Origin: Octopus vulgaris
Taxonomy: Eukaryota
DNA: 64,000 nucleotides
NCBI GenBank assembly: GCA_951406725.2
Contig: OX597818.1
Span: 47,864,001-47,928,000 of the forward strand
Direction of reading: 5' to 3'
The notes beneath the pieces were generated by a model. The model was not told the DNA's origin and ran no database searches. It worked only from the letters and a program-made list of their open reading frames with translations. Both the position numbers and the translations under genes were made by a program. This document shows positions 1 to 12,879 of the stretch, piece after piece. Numbering within the stretch: position 1 is the first letter of the stretch; each line of letters opens with the position of its first letter.

Positions 1-503
1 TTATATGTTGATATGTGTGTGTTTTTATGGAGAGTGTACACATGCGTGAGTGAGTACGTGTGTGTATGTTTGAGCCTGTATGCGTGTATTTATTTTAATA
101 AATAACTTTCAGATATAACTTCACAGTAGTTCATATATAAATTCCACTTTTTTATGCAGACATTTACATACACAAACATACTTATGTTTTTATATGTAGC
201 CTAGAAAGAGAGAGAGAGAGAGAAGGTCAAAGACACGAGCTGTGGAAGAGCGGTGCCATAAAATGATACTTATTAATTTTCTATTATTTATCAAGCTATA
301 ATGATCTTCATGGAGGCAACAGCCGTTCGTGACTGGTTCCACGTGACAACAGATTCTATCCTTTCTTAACAACATACCAAAAATTTCTCTTTTAACTATT
401 TGTGGGCGATTCACAACAAACCCAGACGAATTCATTCTTTGAAAGTCTATCAAGTTTTAAGTTTTATGCATATATATATATACATAAATTTATATATGTA
501 TAA

Positions 504-580
<77 letters not shown>

Positions 581-817
581 TGTATATCTGTATGTGTGTA
601 TGTATGTTTGTATGTATGCATGTGTGTGTGCAAAGTATGTATATATATAAACATGCATATATACATACCGCATACATGTAACTATATATGCGTATATACT
701 TATGCACAGATTTTAACAAACGCGCTTACACAGACACACACACACACAACGTGAGTGTGCACATATATATATATATATGTGTATGTATATATATATATAT
801 ATACATACGCATACATA

Positions 818-860
<43 letters not shown>

Positions 861-1666
861 ATATATATATATATATATGTATATACACACTCTCTGACAT
901 GCATCCATATATTTATGCATTAATGTATGTATGTATACGCACGCTTATACACAAGATATGATATATTTATTTATCTCTATATTTTAGATATTACTTTGTA
1001 TTATCTTCAGCATTGGTTTACTTTCTTCTTTGATCAAAATGGAAACGGCTTTTGATTTGAATTTTTTTTTTCTACTAGAAAATAACGATGTGTCAATTTA
1101 CATTTTTTTTAAAGAAATTTTTTTTCTTTCTTCACTGAAAAACGAAGATAACAACGTAGTGTGTATGACCGGAAGAAAGAATGGAAAAAAGAAAGAGATA
1201 AAGAAGAGGGAACTGGAATAAGATTATGGAAAGCCATATAGCCAGATAGATAAAGAAAAATGAAATTTTAGAAAATAAATGGAGGACTCAAAATGCAGAC
1301 ATTATGTTAAATATAATACAAACACACGCTCTAATTTACACATGCATGCATACATGCATATGATAATTGTTTTTTTTTTTAAGTATTCCTGTTTTATATC
1401 CGAACAAAGTTATATATTTTTACGCCTCTCAAAGTACATTTGTAAGCGGGTGTCACTTAGTGATAGCTCTAAATTGTGTTATATACCGAGTAATAACGCC
1501 ATGTCGCTATTTTTTTTCCGTATAAATTTATTGCGTCAGTGATTAATGATTTATTAGTTCAGTAAATTTTGAGTCGTTGACTCAATATAACTCGGTCCCT
1601 TATTAAAACTCGAATCAATAATACTTGAAATTAATTTCTCTCTCTCCCCCTCTCTCTACCTCCACC

Positions 1667-1732
<66 letters not shown>

Positions 1733-2262
1733 CTCTCTCTCTCTCTCTGTTTTTAGATATATAAAACATTGTCCAACCCAAACTTGACCTAGTGACCTAA
1801 TAATTTTCCTTTGTGACGTTTCCATAGTTTATCTGATGAAAATCACGAACCTTTATGTAGAAGAAAGAGCAGGCGGCGAACAATTGGACGTGCAATTTAT
1901 TCTTTTCAAATGTCGAGCAACGAGAAGCAAAAGAATCTGTCAAGGAATTGAAGTGGTGATTAGGTTTTGTTTCGGTTGGCCTTTCGGTCCAGTAAAAGAG
2001 TGGTTCAGTGGATAAACACCTAACAAGGGCTTCACAGTTCAATTCCATATGAAGTTATTATGCAATTTGATATCCGAGATTACAAGTTTTGGAGAAAGTA
2101 GATGAAAACATAACACTAAAAGTTCAATAAATTACTTAAATACAGGAAGGTGATATCGGACGAGCAATCAGTTTCGAGAAAGATTATGCACTTTGCAACA
2201 ATGCCAGTCCTATTTCCGACAAAGTAAATATAAATTTCAATAATCTGATGGAATTGATTGTA

Positions 2263-2827
2263 TTGGATTGTCCGGAAAGTTCGTGCCGATTTATAGTAGC
2301 TTACATTTCGGCATATTTTAGAACATGGTTGAGTCTATAAAATAGGATTTGACTGCACCTCCATTTAGAGCATAGTTTAAGCTATCTTTTCGTGGAAGAA
2401 GGTTTATGTTCCTATAACCTGTGTTAATTCTGTAACCCTTTAAAATGGAAGATAAGACAGTTCATTTTCGGCACTTGATGCTTTGGGAACCAGACAAAAA
2501 TTGCTGCAGCTCGGCTGGGATGTGTTACCCTACCCTCCATATTCACCAGATATTGCTCCTTCGGATTTCCACTTATTCAGGTCTCTGCAGAATAGTCTTA
2601 GTGGTAAAAATTTCAATTCCTTAGATGACGTAAAAAGATACCTTGATGAATTCTTTGCCATGAAACCACCTCAATTCTGGGAAGAGGGTATTTTCAAGTT
2701 AAAGGAAAGATGGAGACGCATTGTGCAACAAAATGGTTCATATTTGGTAGATTAAAAATGTAATGGCAAGTATTTATTGACCTTTTTCTTTCCTTTAAAA
2801 CTGGCACGAACTTTCCGGACAACCCAA
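2263..2827 (+). mobile_element. Internally deleted mariner transposon
   Basis: TA-flanked TIRs TTGGATTGTCCGGAAAGTTCGTGCC / GGCACGAACTTTCCGGACAACCCAA. The transposase N-terminus (MEDKTVHFRHLML, ATG 2445) is joined out of frame to the C-terminus with the mariner motif PPYSPDIAPSDFHLF. Confidence 0.92.
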
Positions 2828-3245
2828 TAGCTACTAATTTGCGCTTCAATTTCTTTTTTTTTTTTACTAATTAGATATATAATTATCCTAATTGTGAACT
2901 CTCCTGCCATAAACGATAGATGAGGGCTCCATAATTTCTTACAGAACAACCTACTCAGATGATTCCTACATATAGTGATCAAAAGTTTGTGTTGTACTTT
3001 AACTTACTTCCTCCATCAAATCGACATTGCTTGTACAGGTGCACAGTGTGCAATATGCCAGATGCTAAAATGATTGCAGAGCAATGTGAAATAAAGTGTT
3101 TTGCTCAAGAACACAAATTCACACCCGGTCCGGGAATCGAAACTTCGACCTTGCGATCGTGAGTGCATACTTGACGTTGAAATAAAGAAATTTTAATTAA
3201 TAAAAATTACACCGTCAGTGATATGAGCAATTATTATTTCATTGT

Positions 3246-3632
3246 GGAGGCGCAATGGCCCAGTGGTTAGGGCAGCGGACTCGCGGTCGTAGGATCGCGG
3301 TTTCGATTCCCAGACCGGGCGTTGTGAGTGTTTATTGAGCGAAAACACCTAAAGGCTCCACGAGGGTCCGGCAGGGATGGTGGTGATCCCTGCTGTACTC
3401 TTTCAACACAACTTCCTCTCACTCTTACTTCCTGTTTCTGTTGTACCTGTATTTCAAAGGGCCGGCCTTGTCACTCTCTGTGTCACGCTGAATATACCCG
3501 AGAACTACGTTAAGGGTACACGTGTCTGTGGAGTGCTCAGCCACTTACACGTTAATTTCACGAGCAGGCTGTTCCGTTTATCGGATCAACCGGAACCCTC
3601 GTCGTCGTAACCGACGGAGTGCTTCTATCCAT
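3246..3632 (+). mobile_element. tRNA-derived SINE (GGAGGCGCAATGGCCCAGTGG head). Other copies at about 25740-26125(+), 14250-14531(-) and 44364-44440(+, head only)
   Basis: A-box/B-box-like head (TGGCCCAGTGG...GGTTTCGATTCC) and near-identical dispersed copies in the window. Resembles described octopus tRNA-derived SINEs. Confidence 0.85.
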
Positions 3633-6600
3633 ATTATTTCATTAATTTATTTGGCGAGCTTGCAGAATCGTTAGAGCGACAAAATATCTTCCGGCATTTC
3701 TTCTGGCTCATTGCATTTCGAGTTCAAATTGCGCCGAAGTCAGTTTTGGCTTTCATCCTTTCGATAAAAATAAAGTACCAGTCAAATCCTGGGATGGATT
3801 TAATAGAAATTTGTGCTTAAATTAGAGACAAGTATTTGAATAACTGATCGAAGTAGAAAAGAAGAATAGGGAGACAAAATTTTAATTATTTTAATAAGAT
3901 ATTTTGCGGAGATCAAATCTAACTTTTAGCATCGCACTGGCAACTTCGGAAATGTTTCGATCTTATTAGACCTTCTCAGTGAAACAGTGAAACTAGATTG
4001 AATAGTTTAAAAATCGGTAAAGTCAAAGTATTTTGATTCCAACAGGAGAAGTATTGGTTTCTAATCTCTCTCAAAATCATGATGAATGACTATAATGTAA
4101 CCACCAGAATGGTAGAGGTGTGCCTTATTAGGAGGGTAAAATCCATTTGAATTGAAAAGAATAAAAGAACTGGATTTATATTCAATCTTAAATGGTGGGC
4201 ACGAAAAGACTATGCTTTCATTTAGAAGTCAAGTTACTAAATGGTCATTTAGGGATATCTGAAGAAGACTGTATGTCTACAAACATACAAATAGCTTCGG
4301 CTTAGGTCGATACATTTGGTTGGCCTTTTTTGTCATTGCTTGATGGTAATGCAGGGACTTAAACCCCTTTGATGTGCCTAAGCTATTTCCAGAAGCAAGT
4401 ACCTAGCCCCAAGTACACTCACCACCTTTTCACTCTTGGATGCGTCACAAAGGAAAGACAAGTCAATACATTCGCAGTATCCATAGAGTCAAAGGGGATA
4501 CCAGATATTAGTTAAGTATAACTACACATATCTGCCTTAGGGTCCTTCCTTTTAGATTTTTTGTGAGGGTTTACTCACTTTTCCTTTTTTAAACAATAAA
4601 TTATCCTACAAGCGCATGGTTCGTGCAGAGCCAGTGCCATTCTCTCGTCCTTCAAACTTGTACAGCTCTGGTGCAACAAGTGCCATGAACCCAATAGTTA
4701 TCTGCATGCAGGATTTGTAGGGAGTTATCTTCTCTTAGATGATCAGCTAAAGAGCTGAAGGGCCTCATCTGCCTTGGGTCGGTTGGGGGTGTCTGTGAAT
4801 CACCTTCTTCCAGAGGCAGTTTTGCGACATACTAATTAACCCATTCCAGGGACCCTGGTAGATGTTACTACTCGGTTCAGAGTAGACACGGGAACAATGA
4901 TTACCCCTTACAACCTTGGAACTCCATAACCAGGGTCCCACTATTGGATGCAGTCTAAAGTCATATCCAGGACCATAAATGTAAGTTAGCAGCAATAAAA
5001 CGATTGAACAAGTCAATAAACAAGACTTGCGTTTATTTTCCGAGATTTCATACAATTACTTAACTATTTGTTTCTACTTACCTCAGCGAATTCAAAGAAG
5101 TTTTCATTTCCGATATAACTATAGAGAACAAATATAAAAAGGTGTTAACTAGACGGCTTCGGACACTTTGTTGGATGGGAATGGAGCGATTCTGAAAACG
5201 TGTGTAAACTTATAAGGTTATATAAAAGGAGACCGAAAATCGCGGAATAGTGCCAGGGGCATAAGGCTAAATATGTTAATTACTATGTTAATTACTGGGT
5301 ATCGATTCGTTTCTCATTTGTCTTTAGCTGTTTTCTGTTCGCTTTTGTTTGTTTGAACACACACAAACACACACACACACACACTCACAACACACATGCT
5401 CGAATATGTGTATGTGCGTGCATGTGTGTGTATATATATGTGTGTGTGTGTATGTGTGTGTGTGAGTATGTGTGTGTGTGTGAGAGAGAGAAAGAGTACA
5501 AGATACTTAGCGTGTTTTACTATATATCGCAGTAAAATAAAGAAGAAAAAAGAAAAAATACATGGAAAAATATAACTAACATATAGATATCTTCACACAA
5601 TGAGCATAGTGTCTATTTCTGCGGCAACAGATCTCCACTTATAATCGCCATATTTGTCCATGTCCTATAAGTGCAGGCTATCACAGTTCCATATCGATCC
5701 AGCTTATTAGGTTTGCATTTTATTTTTGCAGCTATCTGCCTTACCTTAATGACCACCCTCTTAAGCTTAAAGAGCGTGGGCTGATAGAATCGTTACCATG
5801 TCGGACAAAATGTTCAGCTGCTTTTCTCCCGGTTTTACGTTCTGAGTTCAAATGTCGTCGAGGTTGACTTTGCATTTTATCCTTTCGAAATCGATAAAAT
5901 GAGTTTCTTATTTCTTTATTGTCCACAAGGAGATAGACACAGAGGGGAGAAACAAGGACAGACAAAGGGATTAAGTCGATTATATCGACCCCTGTGCGTA
6001 ACTGGTACTTAATTTATCGACCCCGAGAGGATGAAAGGTAAAGTCGACCTCGGTGGAATTTGAACTCAGAACGTAACAGTAGACGAAATACCGCTAAGCA
6101 TTTCGACCGGTGTGCTAACGTTTCTGCCAGATCGCCGCCTTTAAAATGATAAAATGAGTTTCTGTTGAGCAGTGGGGTCGATGTAATCGACACTCTCCCT
6201 CCCCTAAAATATTACTGACCTTGTACTGAAATGCGAAACCATCCTTAAACTTACTTAATGCGGTTACCATTTATCTTCAAACGGGGTTTCACACACTTAA
6301 CACATCACCTTCCGATGGTATGTTCTACAGTTTAAATGTACTTTTAAAATCTTACACACGAATATAATTTGGTAGGAAACATAGGAAGGAAATTGTAGGA
6401 TACAAGTAGTCTTTGAAAATGAGTTAATAGATGTACTACATTAAAACCCATCAAGGCCCTAAACACTAGATTAAGATTCATCAAGGCCCTAAGCACTTAA
6501 AAGATTTTGTTGCCACATAAAAGATAATGTAGTTCAAAAGATAAGCAATAACAGACCATAAAATATATTTATATTTTTCAAAACAAAACAAAACAAAACA

Positions 6601-7037
6601 AAACAGTAAGAGGGAAAATAATGTTTAATTTTGTATGCTTCCACTTTATTTATATTTGAAAAGTTTCCTCCTACTTTTTTGAATTGCAAAGTCTTCGATC
6701 GGATCCTCAAAATCAATCTTACTAACACATCTGCATCTATACTTAGTAGAGATAAAGGCATTCTAAATATATTATTTTAGCAAGTTTAAAGTGATTTCTT
6801 TTGTGCCGTAAACTATTTACCATGTCTGTGGTGTCCCCTCCTTTCCTTGATGCCCTAAGCACGTGCTTATTTTGATTAATGGTTAATCCAGCGCTGACTG
6901 CATATATCAAAAGCCTACGGAAGATCTTTCAAAAGATTTAAAGGGATGATGAAAACATAAAGTATTTACTTGACTCCATCGTTGCTAACGGAGACATCGA
7001 CGTCAGTCAGTAGCTGTGACAATATTACCTCGTAGCA

Positions 7038-7457
7038 AGGCGGCGAGCTGGCAGAATCGTTAGCACGCCGGGCAAAATGCTTAGCGGTATTTCGTCTGCT
7101 TCTACGTTCTGAGTTCAAATTCCGCCGTGGTCGACTTTGCCTTTCATCCTTTCGGGGACGATAAATTAAGTACCAGTTACGCACTGGGGTCGATATAATC
7201 GGCTTAATCCGTTTGTCTGTCCTTGTTTGTCCGCTCTGTGTTTAGTCTCTTGTGGGTAGTAAAGAAATAGGTATTTCGTCTGCTGCTACGTTCTGAGTTC
7301 AAATTCCGCCGAGGTCGACTTTGCCTTTCATCCTTTCGGGGTCGATAAATTAAGTACCAGTTACGCACTGGGATTGATATAATCGACTTAATCCGTTTGT
7401 CTGTCCTTGTTTGTCCCTTCTGTGTTTAGCCCCTTGTGGGTAGTAAAGAAATAGGTA
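7038..7457 (+). mobile_element. tRNA-derived SINE (GGCGGCGAGCTGGCAGAA head), often tandem or dimeric. Further copies at about 5905-6141, 10045-10257, 10640-11232, 13319-13547, 14545-14900, 16735-17116, 19580-20050, 23585-24010, 37033-37475 and 50080-50262 (all -), and 37910-38100, 39870-40277, 41485-41710, 47425-48050 and 50987-51385 (all +)
   Basis: Recurrent core GAGTTCAAATTCCGCCGAGGTCGACTTTGCCTTTCATCCTTTCGGGGTCGATAAA with a B-box GAGTTCAAATT. Confidence 0.88.
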
Positions 7458-7908
7458 TCAGTAAGATAAACGTACGCGAAGGAGAATTCCAATAGGACGG
7501 ACTTTTGATGAAGAAGGATTGAACAAAGTGTTTAGTATGGAGTTAAGAGGTGATGAAACGAAGAAGAAATATTGAGGTGGATTGGAGATTAGTGTTTTGA
7601 GTGGAGGCAGCATAAAGTTTGCTAGTCGAGATGAGCAGAAACCATTGTCGCAATAGTAATAGAACCGATACTGTAAATAAATGAATTTAATAAGTTGGAG
7701 AAGGGCAAAAAGCCATCTGTCAACTTGGTAGATGGTTCTTTACTTTTTTTTTTAGCGGTAATGTTATTACCTCTTCGTTCGAGGATCTTTTTCAGGCTTC
7801 CGTTTATGAAATAACTATAAGTATGACGTTTAGCTTACAAGCAGATGATGCTTGCATGTGGGAGGTTAAGGAGGAGGTAAGAATATTAGCGCATGGGTAA
7901 TTAATATA

Positions 7909-8523
7909 CAGTGATCCCTTACTATCACGGGTGTTACGTTCAAAAACTTCCCGCGATAGGTGAAAATCCGCGAAGTAGAAACAGTACTCTTTTACTCTTT
8001 TACTTGTTTCAGTCATTTGACTGCGGCCATGCTGGAGCACCACCTGTAATCGAGCAACTCGACTCCGGGACTTATTCTTTTGTAAGCCCAATACTTATTC
8101 TATCGGTCTCTTTTGCCGAACAGCTAAGTAACGGGGACATAAACACACCAGCATCGGTTGTCAAGCAATGCTAGGGGGACAAACACAGACACACAAACAT
8201 ACACACACACATACATATATATACATATATATGACGGGCTTCTTTCAGTTTCCGTCTACCAAATCCACTCACAAGGCTTTGGTCGGCCCGAGGCTATAGT
8301 AGAAGACACTTGCCTAAGGTGCCACGCAGTGGGACTGAACCCGTAACCATATGGTTGATAAGCAAGCTACTTACCACACAGCCACTCCTGCGCCTATACT
8401 GTATATTAAAAAAAATATTTTTATAATTTGTATATATTTATGCTATTATAAATGCAAAGCAACACCACAGAGGAATTGACGTAAGCTTAAATAATAAACC
8501 GCGATATGGCGGGGGATTACTGT
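7909..8523. mobile_element. Tc1/pogo(Tigger)-like MITE containing a SINE insertion
   Basis: TA-flanked termini CAGTGATCCC... / ...GGGGGATTACTG. Confidence 0.65.
7988..8395 (-). mobile_element. tRNA-derived SINE (AGGCGCAGGAGTGGCTGTGTGGTAAG head, internal (TA)/(TG) microsatellite). Further copies at about 12680-13040, 20516-20900, 25025-25456, 26355-26887, 45008-45447, 48060-48505 and 62215-62557 (-), and 21372-21670, 30430-30770, 33459-33846 and 63000-63155 (+)
   Basis: Dispersed near-identical copies with a B-box-like GGTTCAGTCCC, a CCTTGGGCAAGTG motif and an AAAAGAGT tail. Confidence 0.88.
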
Positions 8524-9183
8524 ACACGGAACAGAGTGTAGTTGTAACTGATTCTTGACATATACGGGAGTTGGTTGGATGCAAGTCGAAAAGAGGTCTG
8601 TCAACCTATGTTATAAAGGACCGGTTTAACGAGGAACCTCTCAATCCTAGAAATGAAAGACAAATATGATTTATAGACAGAAAGCTTAGCTGAGAGTTTC
8701 GTATGATAGATATGGACGAAGGTTTCGATAATGTCAAAAGACTGTACATTGCTTTCACTGTAGTTATAAAATGCGAGGCATGACCGATGTGTAATGTAAG
8801 AGATCAAGTCTCCGGTAGCTCTAGCTTTATGGAAACCACACTTGTAGACGCCGAGGATGGAGCTTAAGAAAGCATTGTTTGAAGTTTCCTTACTAGCACT
8901 TCGTCGGTTACGACAACAAGGGTCTCAACTGATCCGATTAATGGAAGAGCGTGTTCTTGAAACGATTAAGTGGTTGAACACTCTACAGACACGCGTACGC
9001 TTAACGTAGTTCTCAGGGTAATTCAGCGTGACGCAGAATATGACAAAGCCGGATCTTCGAATTACGGGTACTACTAATTTTCGCCAGCTGTGTGGACTAA
9101 AGTACCGTGAAAAATAAAGAAAAAATGACTTGGTCAAACATAAACTTTGGTGCCGAGCTACCCTCAATAATAATGATAGTAAG

Positions 9184-9350
9184 TTTCTTCGACATAACCA
9201 TGGGCTTCTCTGACTCTGCTCAGGTCACGGATCTGGTTGGACTATACCTCCTGCAACGACTCCGCATGCATTTCCCTAACATCAAATGGAGTTTGTATAG
9301 GGATGACGCATTGTTGGTTACTACAGACCTATCTAGATCGGCATTATAGA
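9184..9350 (+). mobile_element. Penelope-like element reverse-transcriptase fragment
   Basis: FFDITMGFSDSAQVTDLVGLYLLQRLRMHFPNIKWSLYRDDALL resembles the FDVTMGSxDGAE...LVGLxxL...LYRDDGL catalytic region of PLE RTs. Confidence 0.7.
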
Positions 9351-9354
9351 AGAT

Positions 9355-9399
<45 letters not shown>

Positions 9400-9451
9400 A
9401 AATAACGATGATGATGATGATGATAATAATAATAATAATAATAATAATGAT

Positions 9452-10020
9452 AACAAAAAAATGCCCTGATGCAGTACCAGACAGTGGCTCTCATGGCTTC
9501 TGATCTTAACTGATTGGAAGTGTTATCATGTACATTGTTTTGTCTTGGTGTAAAAGATGGGCTACAGCAAATATTCTGCTCAATACCACAGATTTGCTTG
9601 TCAGTTGTTTGACCTTAACCAGTTGAGCATGTCCCTTAGTGGCTGACAATATGTACATCTATGATAATGAGCAGAAGTAGTGGGGGGGGGCATCATAGCC
9701 GTGTGTTGAAAGGAATTCTTGGAGGTTTGGATAATTCACCTTTGGAAACATGGGTGTTTCGTTCAACATCCTTAAACAACCCTTATTCAAGGACCTTTTG
9801 AACGGGATGGGCTACTCGACTAGAAGAAAATTCTAACTGGGTCCCACCTGCAAGGTCATGCGCTGCTTATCTTGATATGAGATCACCATGTCGCGCACAC
9901 ATGGTTGTGATGCATGTGCCTAGTGTACCCTTATCAGACGAGTAGTCATGATGGGTATACTGGGCTTCGTATATTTTACCCCAGTGTCACTTTAATGGCA
10001 TGCACTGCTCTCTCACTCAG
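9452..10020. repeat. Unclassified element of about 570 bp inserted in an (AAT)n tract
   Basis: GC-richer block sharply bounded on both sides by AAT/GAT repeats. No coding motif recognised. Confidence 0.35.
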
Positions 10021-10275
10021 TAATGATAATGATAATAATGATAGTTTCAAATTTTTCCACATGGGCAGCCACTTTGGGGAGGGGGACAAGTAGATTACAT
10101 CGACTCCAGTGTTTCACTGGTACTTAATTTATCGATTCCGAAAGGATTAAAGGCAAAGTCGACCTCGGCGGAATTTGAACTCAGAACGTTGCGACAGGCG
10201 AAATACCGCTTAGCATTTCGCCCGGCGTGCTAACGATTCTTCCAGCTCGCCGCCTTAATAATAATAATAATAATA

Positions 10276-10572
10276 AAAGACCTGGAAATAGAGATAACTC
10301 GAATATGGAGTCTAAAAGCAGAAACAATTCCTATCATAGTAGGTACATTAGGTATGATGAAAAAATATTCAGACAAATACATAACAAAAACACCAGGACT
10401 AACAAGCATATATAACATACAGAAAATAGCACTACTAGGAACCACACACATCCTACGTGAAACACTTTCAATACAGTAAAAATGGGAACATCACAACAAA
10501 CCACAGCCCATACTCAAGGCACACAGAGCTGAACTCGGTAGTGCAGTGAAAGTACCTGATAAAAATAAGACT

Positions 10573-10576
<4 letters not shown>
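10276..10576 (+). mobile_element. R4/Dong-like (RLE) non-LTR retrotransposon 3' fragment in (TAA)n
   Basis: KDLEIEITRIWSLKAETIPIIVGTLG...IQKIALLGTTHILR...stop is typical of the RLE C-terminus. It is flanked on both sides by (TAA)n, the known Dong target. Confidence 0.75.
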
Positions 10577-10611
<35 letters not shown>

Positions 10612-11236
10612 TAATAATAATGATGATGATGATGACGATAATCTTTTCTACTCTAGGCACAAGGCCCGAAATTTTCGGGGAGGGGGGCCAGTCGATTAGG
10701 TCGATCCAAGTACGCAACTAGTACTTAATTTATCGACCCCGAAGGATAAACGGTAAAATCGACCTCACCGGAAATTGAACTCAGAACGTAAAGACAGACG
10801 AAATACTTATTTCTTTACTACCCACAAGGGGCTAAACACAGAGAGGACAAACAAGGAGAGACAAACGGATTAAGTCGATTATATCGACCCCAGTGCGTAA
10901 CTGGTACTTATTTAATCGACCCAAAATGATGAAAGGCAAAGTCGACCTCGGTGGAATTTAAACTCAGAACGTAACGGCAGACGAAATACCTATTTTTTAC
11001 ATTTCTTTACTACCCACAAGGGGCTAAACACAGAGAGGACAAACAAAGACAGACAAACGGATTAAGTCAATTACATTGACTCCAGTGCGTAACTGGTACT
11101 TAATTTATCGACCCCGAAAGGATGAATGGCAAAGTCGACTTCGGCGGAATTTGAACTCAGAACGTAAAGACCGACGAAATACCATTAGGCATTTCGCCCG
11201 GCGTGCTAACGTTTCTGCCAGCTCGCAGCCTTAGTA

Positions 11237-11469
<233 letters not shown>

Positions 11470-11689
11470 CTATGAAGTGAGCAGTTGAGCCATTGTTTAT
11501 TATTTCATTGTGTGACAGTATGTTTTTGCAATTGGGAAGATTTCATGTCCAATGTTCAAAGTGGATGGCCATATTTATTTATTCGAAATTTGCGTGTATT
11601 TATATATTTTAGAGTTTCTGAGCAAATTTATTAAAACTAGCTGATGTAGTATACACGTACAATTGAATCGACTGTTGTTGTTGTTGTTG

Positions 11690-11885
11690 TTAAGCAATAA
11701 GACGGGTAAGGGTGATTAGGTGATGGTCTAGGGCTTAGGTGCGGGAGACCCCAGACCTTGGAAAAAAAAGAACTTTGGTCATCTTGTTGTAGTCGAGGGC
11801 TCTTCGTTGACGCCCGACACCACTGGGAAGTGGGCCTCGAAGTCGTTGGAAATGGAGATCTCCAGGTCCAAATTCTTGGACGACA
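11690..11885 (-). mobile_element. Element of about 195 bp with a (CAA)n tail. Second copy at 55903-56100(+)
   Basis: Two highly similar copies in opposite orientation, with the same 5' start (GTCCAAGAATTTGGAC) and a CAA-repeat tail. Confidence 0.7.
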
Positions 11886-12839
11886 TTGAATCGGCTCGTA
11901 AGACCTGCTTAAATTGAGCTTGGATTGAAGTACTGGCGAATGCTTTCAATGAAATTAATTTTGGTTAAAATATTTCCGAGATCAAATTAATTCTACGAAC
12001 GTAAAACGTGGTTTTGATGAAATAAACAGTTCCTTTTCTGTATATTCAATGTCGAAGGTGGCGAGCAGGTGGAATCGTTTGCATGTCGGACAAAGAAGCT
12101 TAGCACGGCATTTCTTCCTGCTCTTTGTGTTGAGTTGAAATCCTGCCGAGAACAACTTTGCTTTTCATCCCTCCGGGGTCGATAAAAATGAAGTATCAGT
12201 CACGTACTGGGGTCGATGTAATCGACGTGTCCTCTCTCCTCTGGCCTTGAGCTCCGCAACAGACCGGCGAAGCACCTAAGCTCCACGCGGCTCCGGCAGA
12301 AAGTAATGGCGAACTTCTACTGACTCTTTCGCCACAACTTTCTCTCACTCTTTCCTCCTGCATCTTGTAGCTCACCTGCGATAGATCGGCGTCCCGTCCA
12401 GGTGGGGAACCTGTGCGCCAAGGAAACCGGGAAACCGGCCCTTATGAGCCAGGCATGGCTCGAGAAGGAACAAACAAACAACAACAACGGACTGGCGTCC
12501 TGTTCAGGAGAATGTTATGATCCCGGTCACTTATACGCTTTGGAAACCGAGTAACCAGTCTTATAAGAGAACAGAAACCGAGTAACCGGCCTTAAAAGGA
12601 AACAGAAATATTTTTGATCGAAGGCAAATACTAGAGATTAAAGAAATGAAGGAACTTACAGGGCATCATCTTCCATATATTCTTTTATCTTTTATTTGCC
12701 TCAGTCTTTCGACTGCGACCATGCTGGGGCATCGTCTTGATGAATATTTAGTCAAATGAATCAACTCCAGTACTTTTTTTTAAAGCTTGGTACTTATCCT
12801 GTCGGACATTTTTGCCGAACCGCTAAGTTACGGGGGCGT

Positions 12840-12879
<40 letters not shown>

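Larger units (their letters stand above)
7460..8890 (-). mobile_element. Heavily degraded LINE (RT domain and 3' end), interrupted by a MITE and a SINE
   Basis: Remnant peptides QCGFHKARATGDLISYITH, KLSAKLSVY and SFFIKSPSYWNS resemble CR1/Jockey-group RT and C-terminal motifs, with many stops and frameshifts. Confidence 0.55.

Noticed and set aside
3246-3320. tRNA-like sequences
   Set aside because: These are SINE heads continuing into repeat bodies, not standalone tRNA genes.
7458-7670. Phase-0 open frame after a good acceptor, considered as terminal exon of the homeobox gene
   Set aside because: The peptide resembles a degraded LINE C-terminus. Exonisation cannot be excluded but is unsupported.
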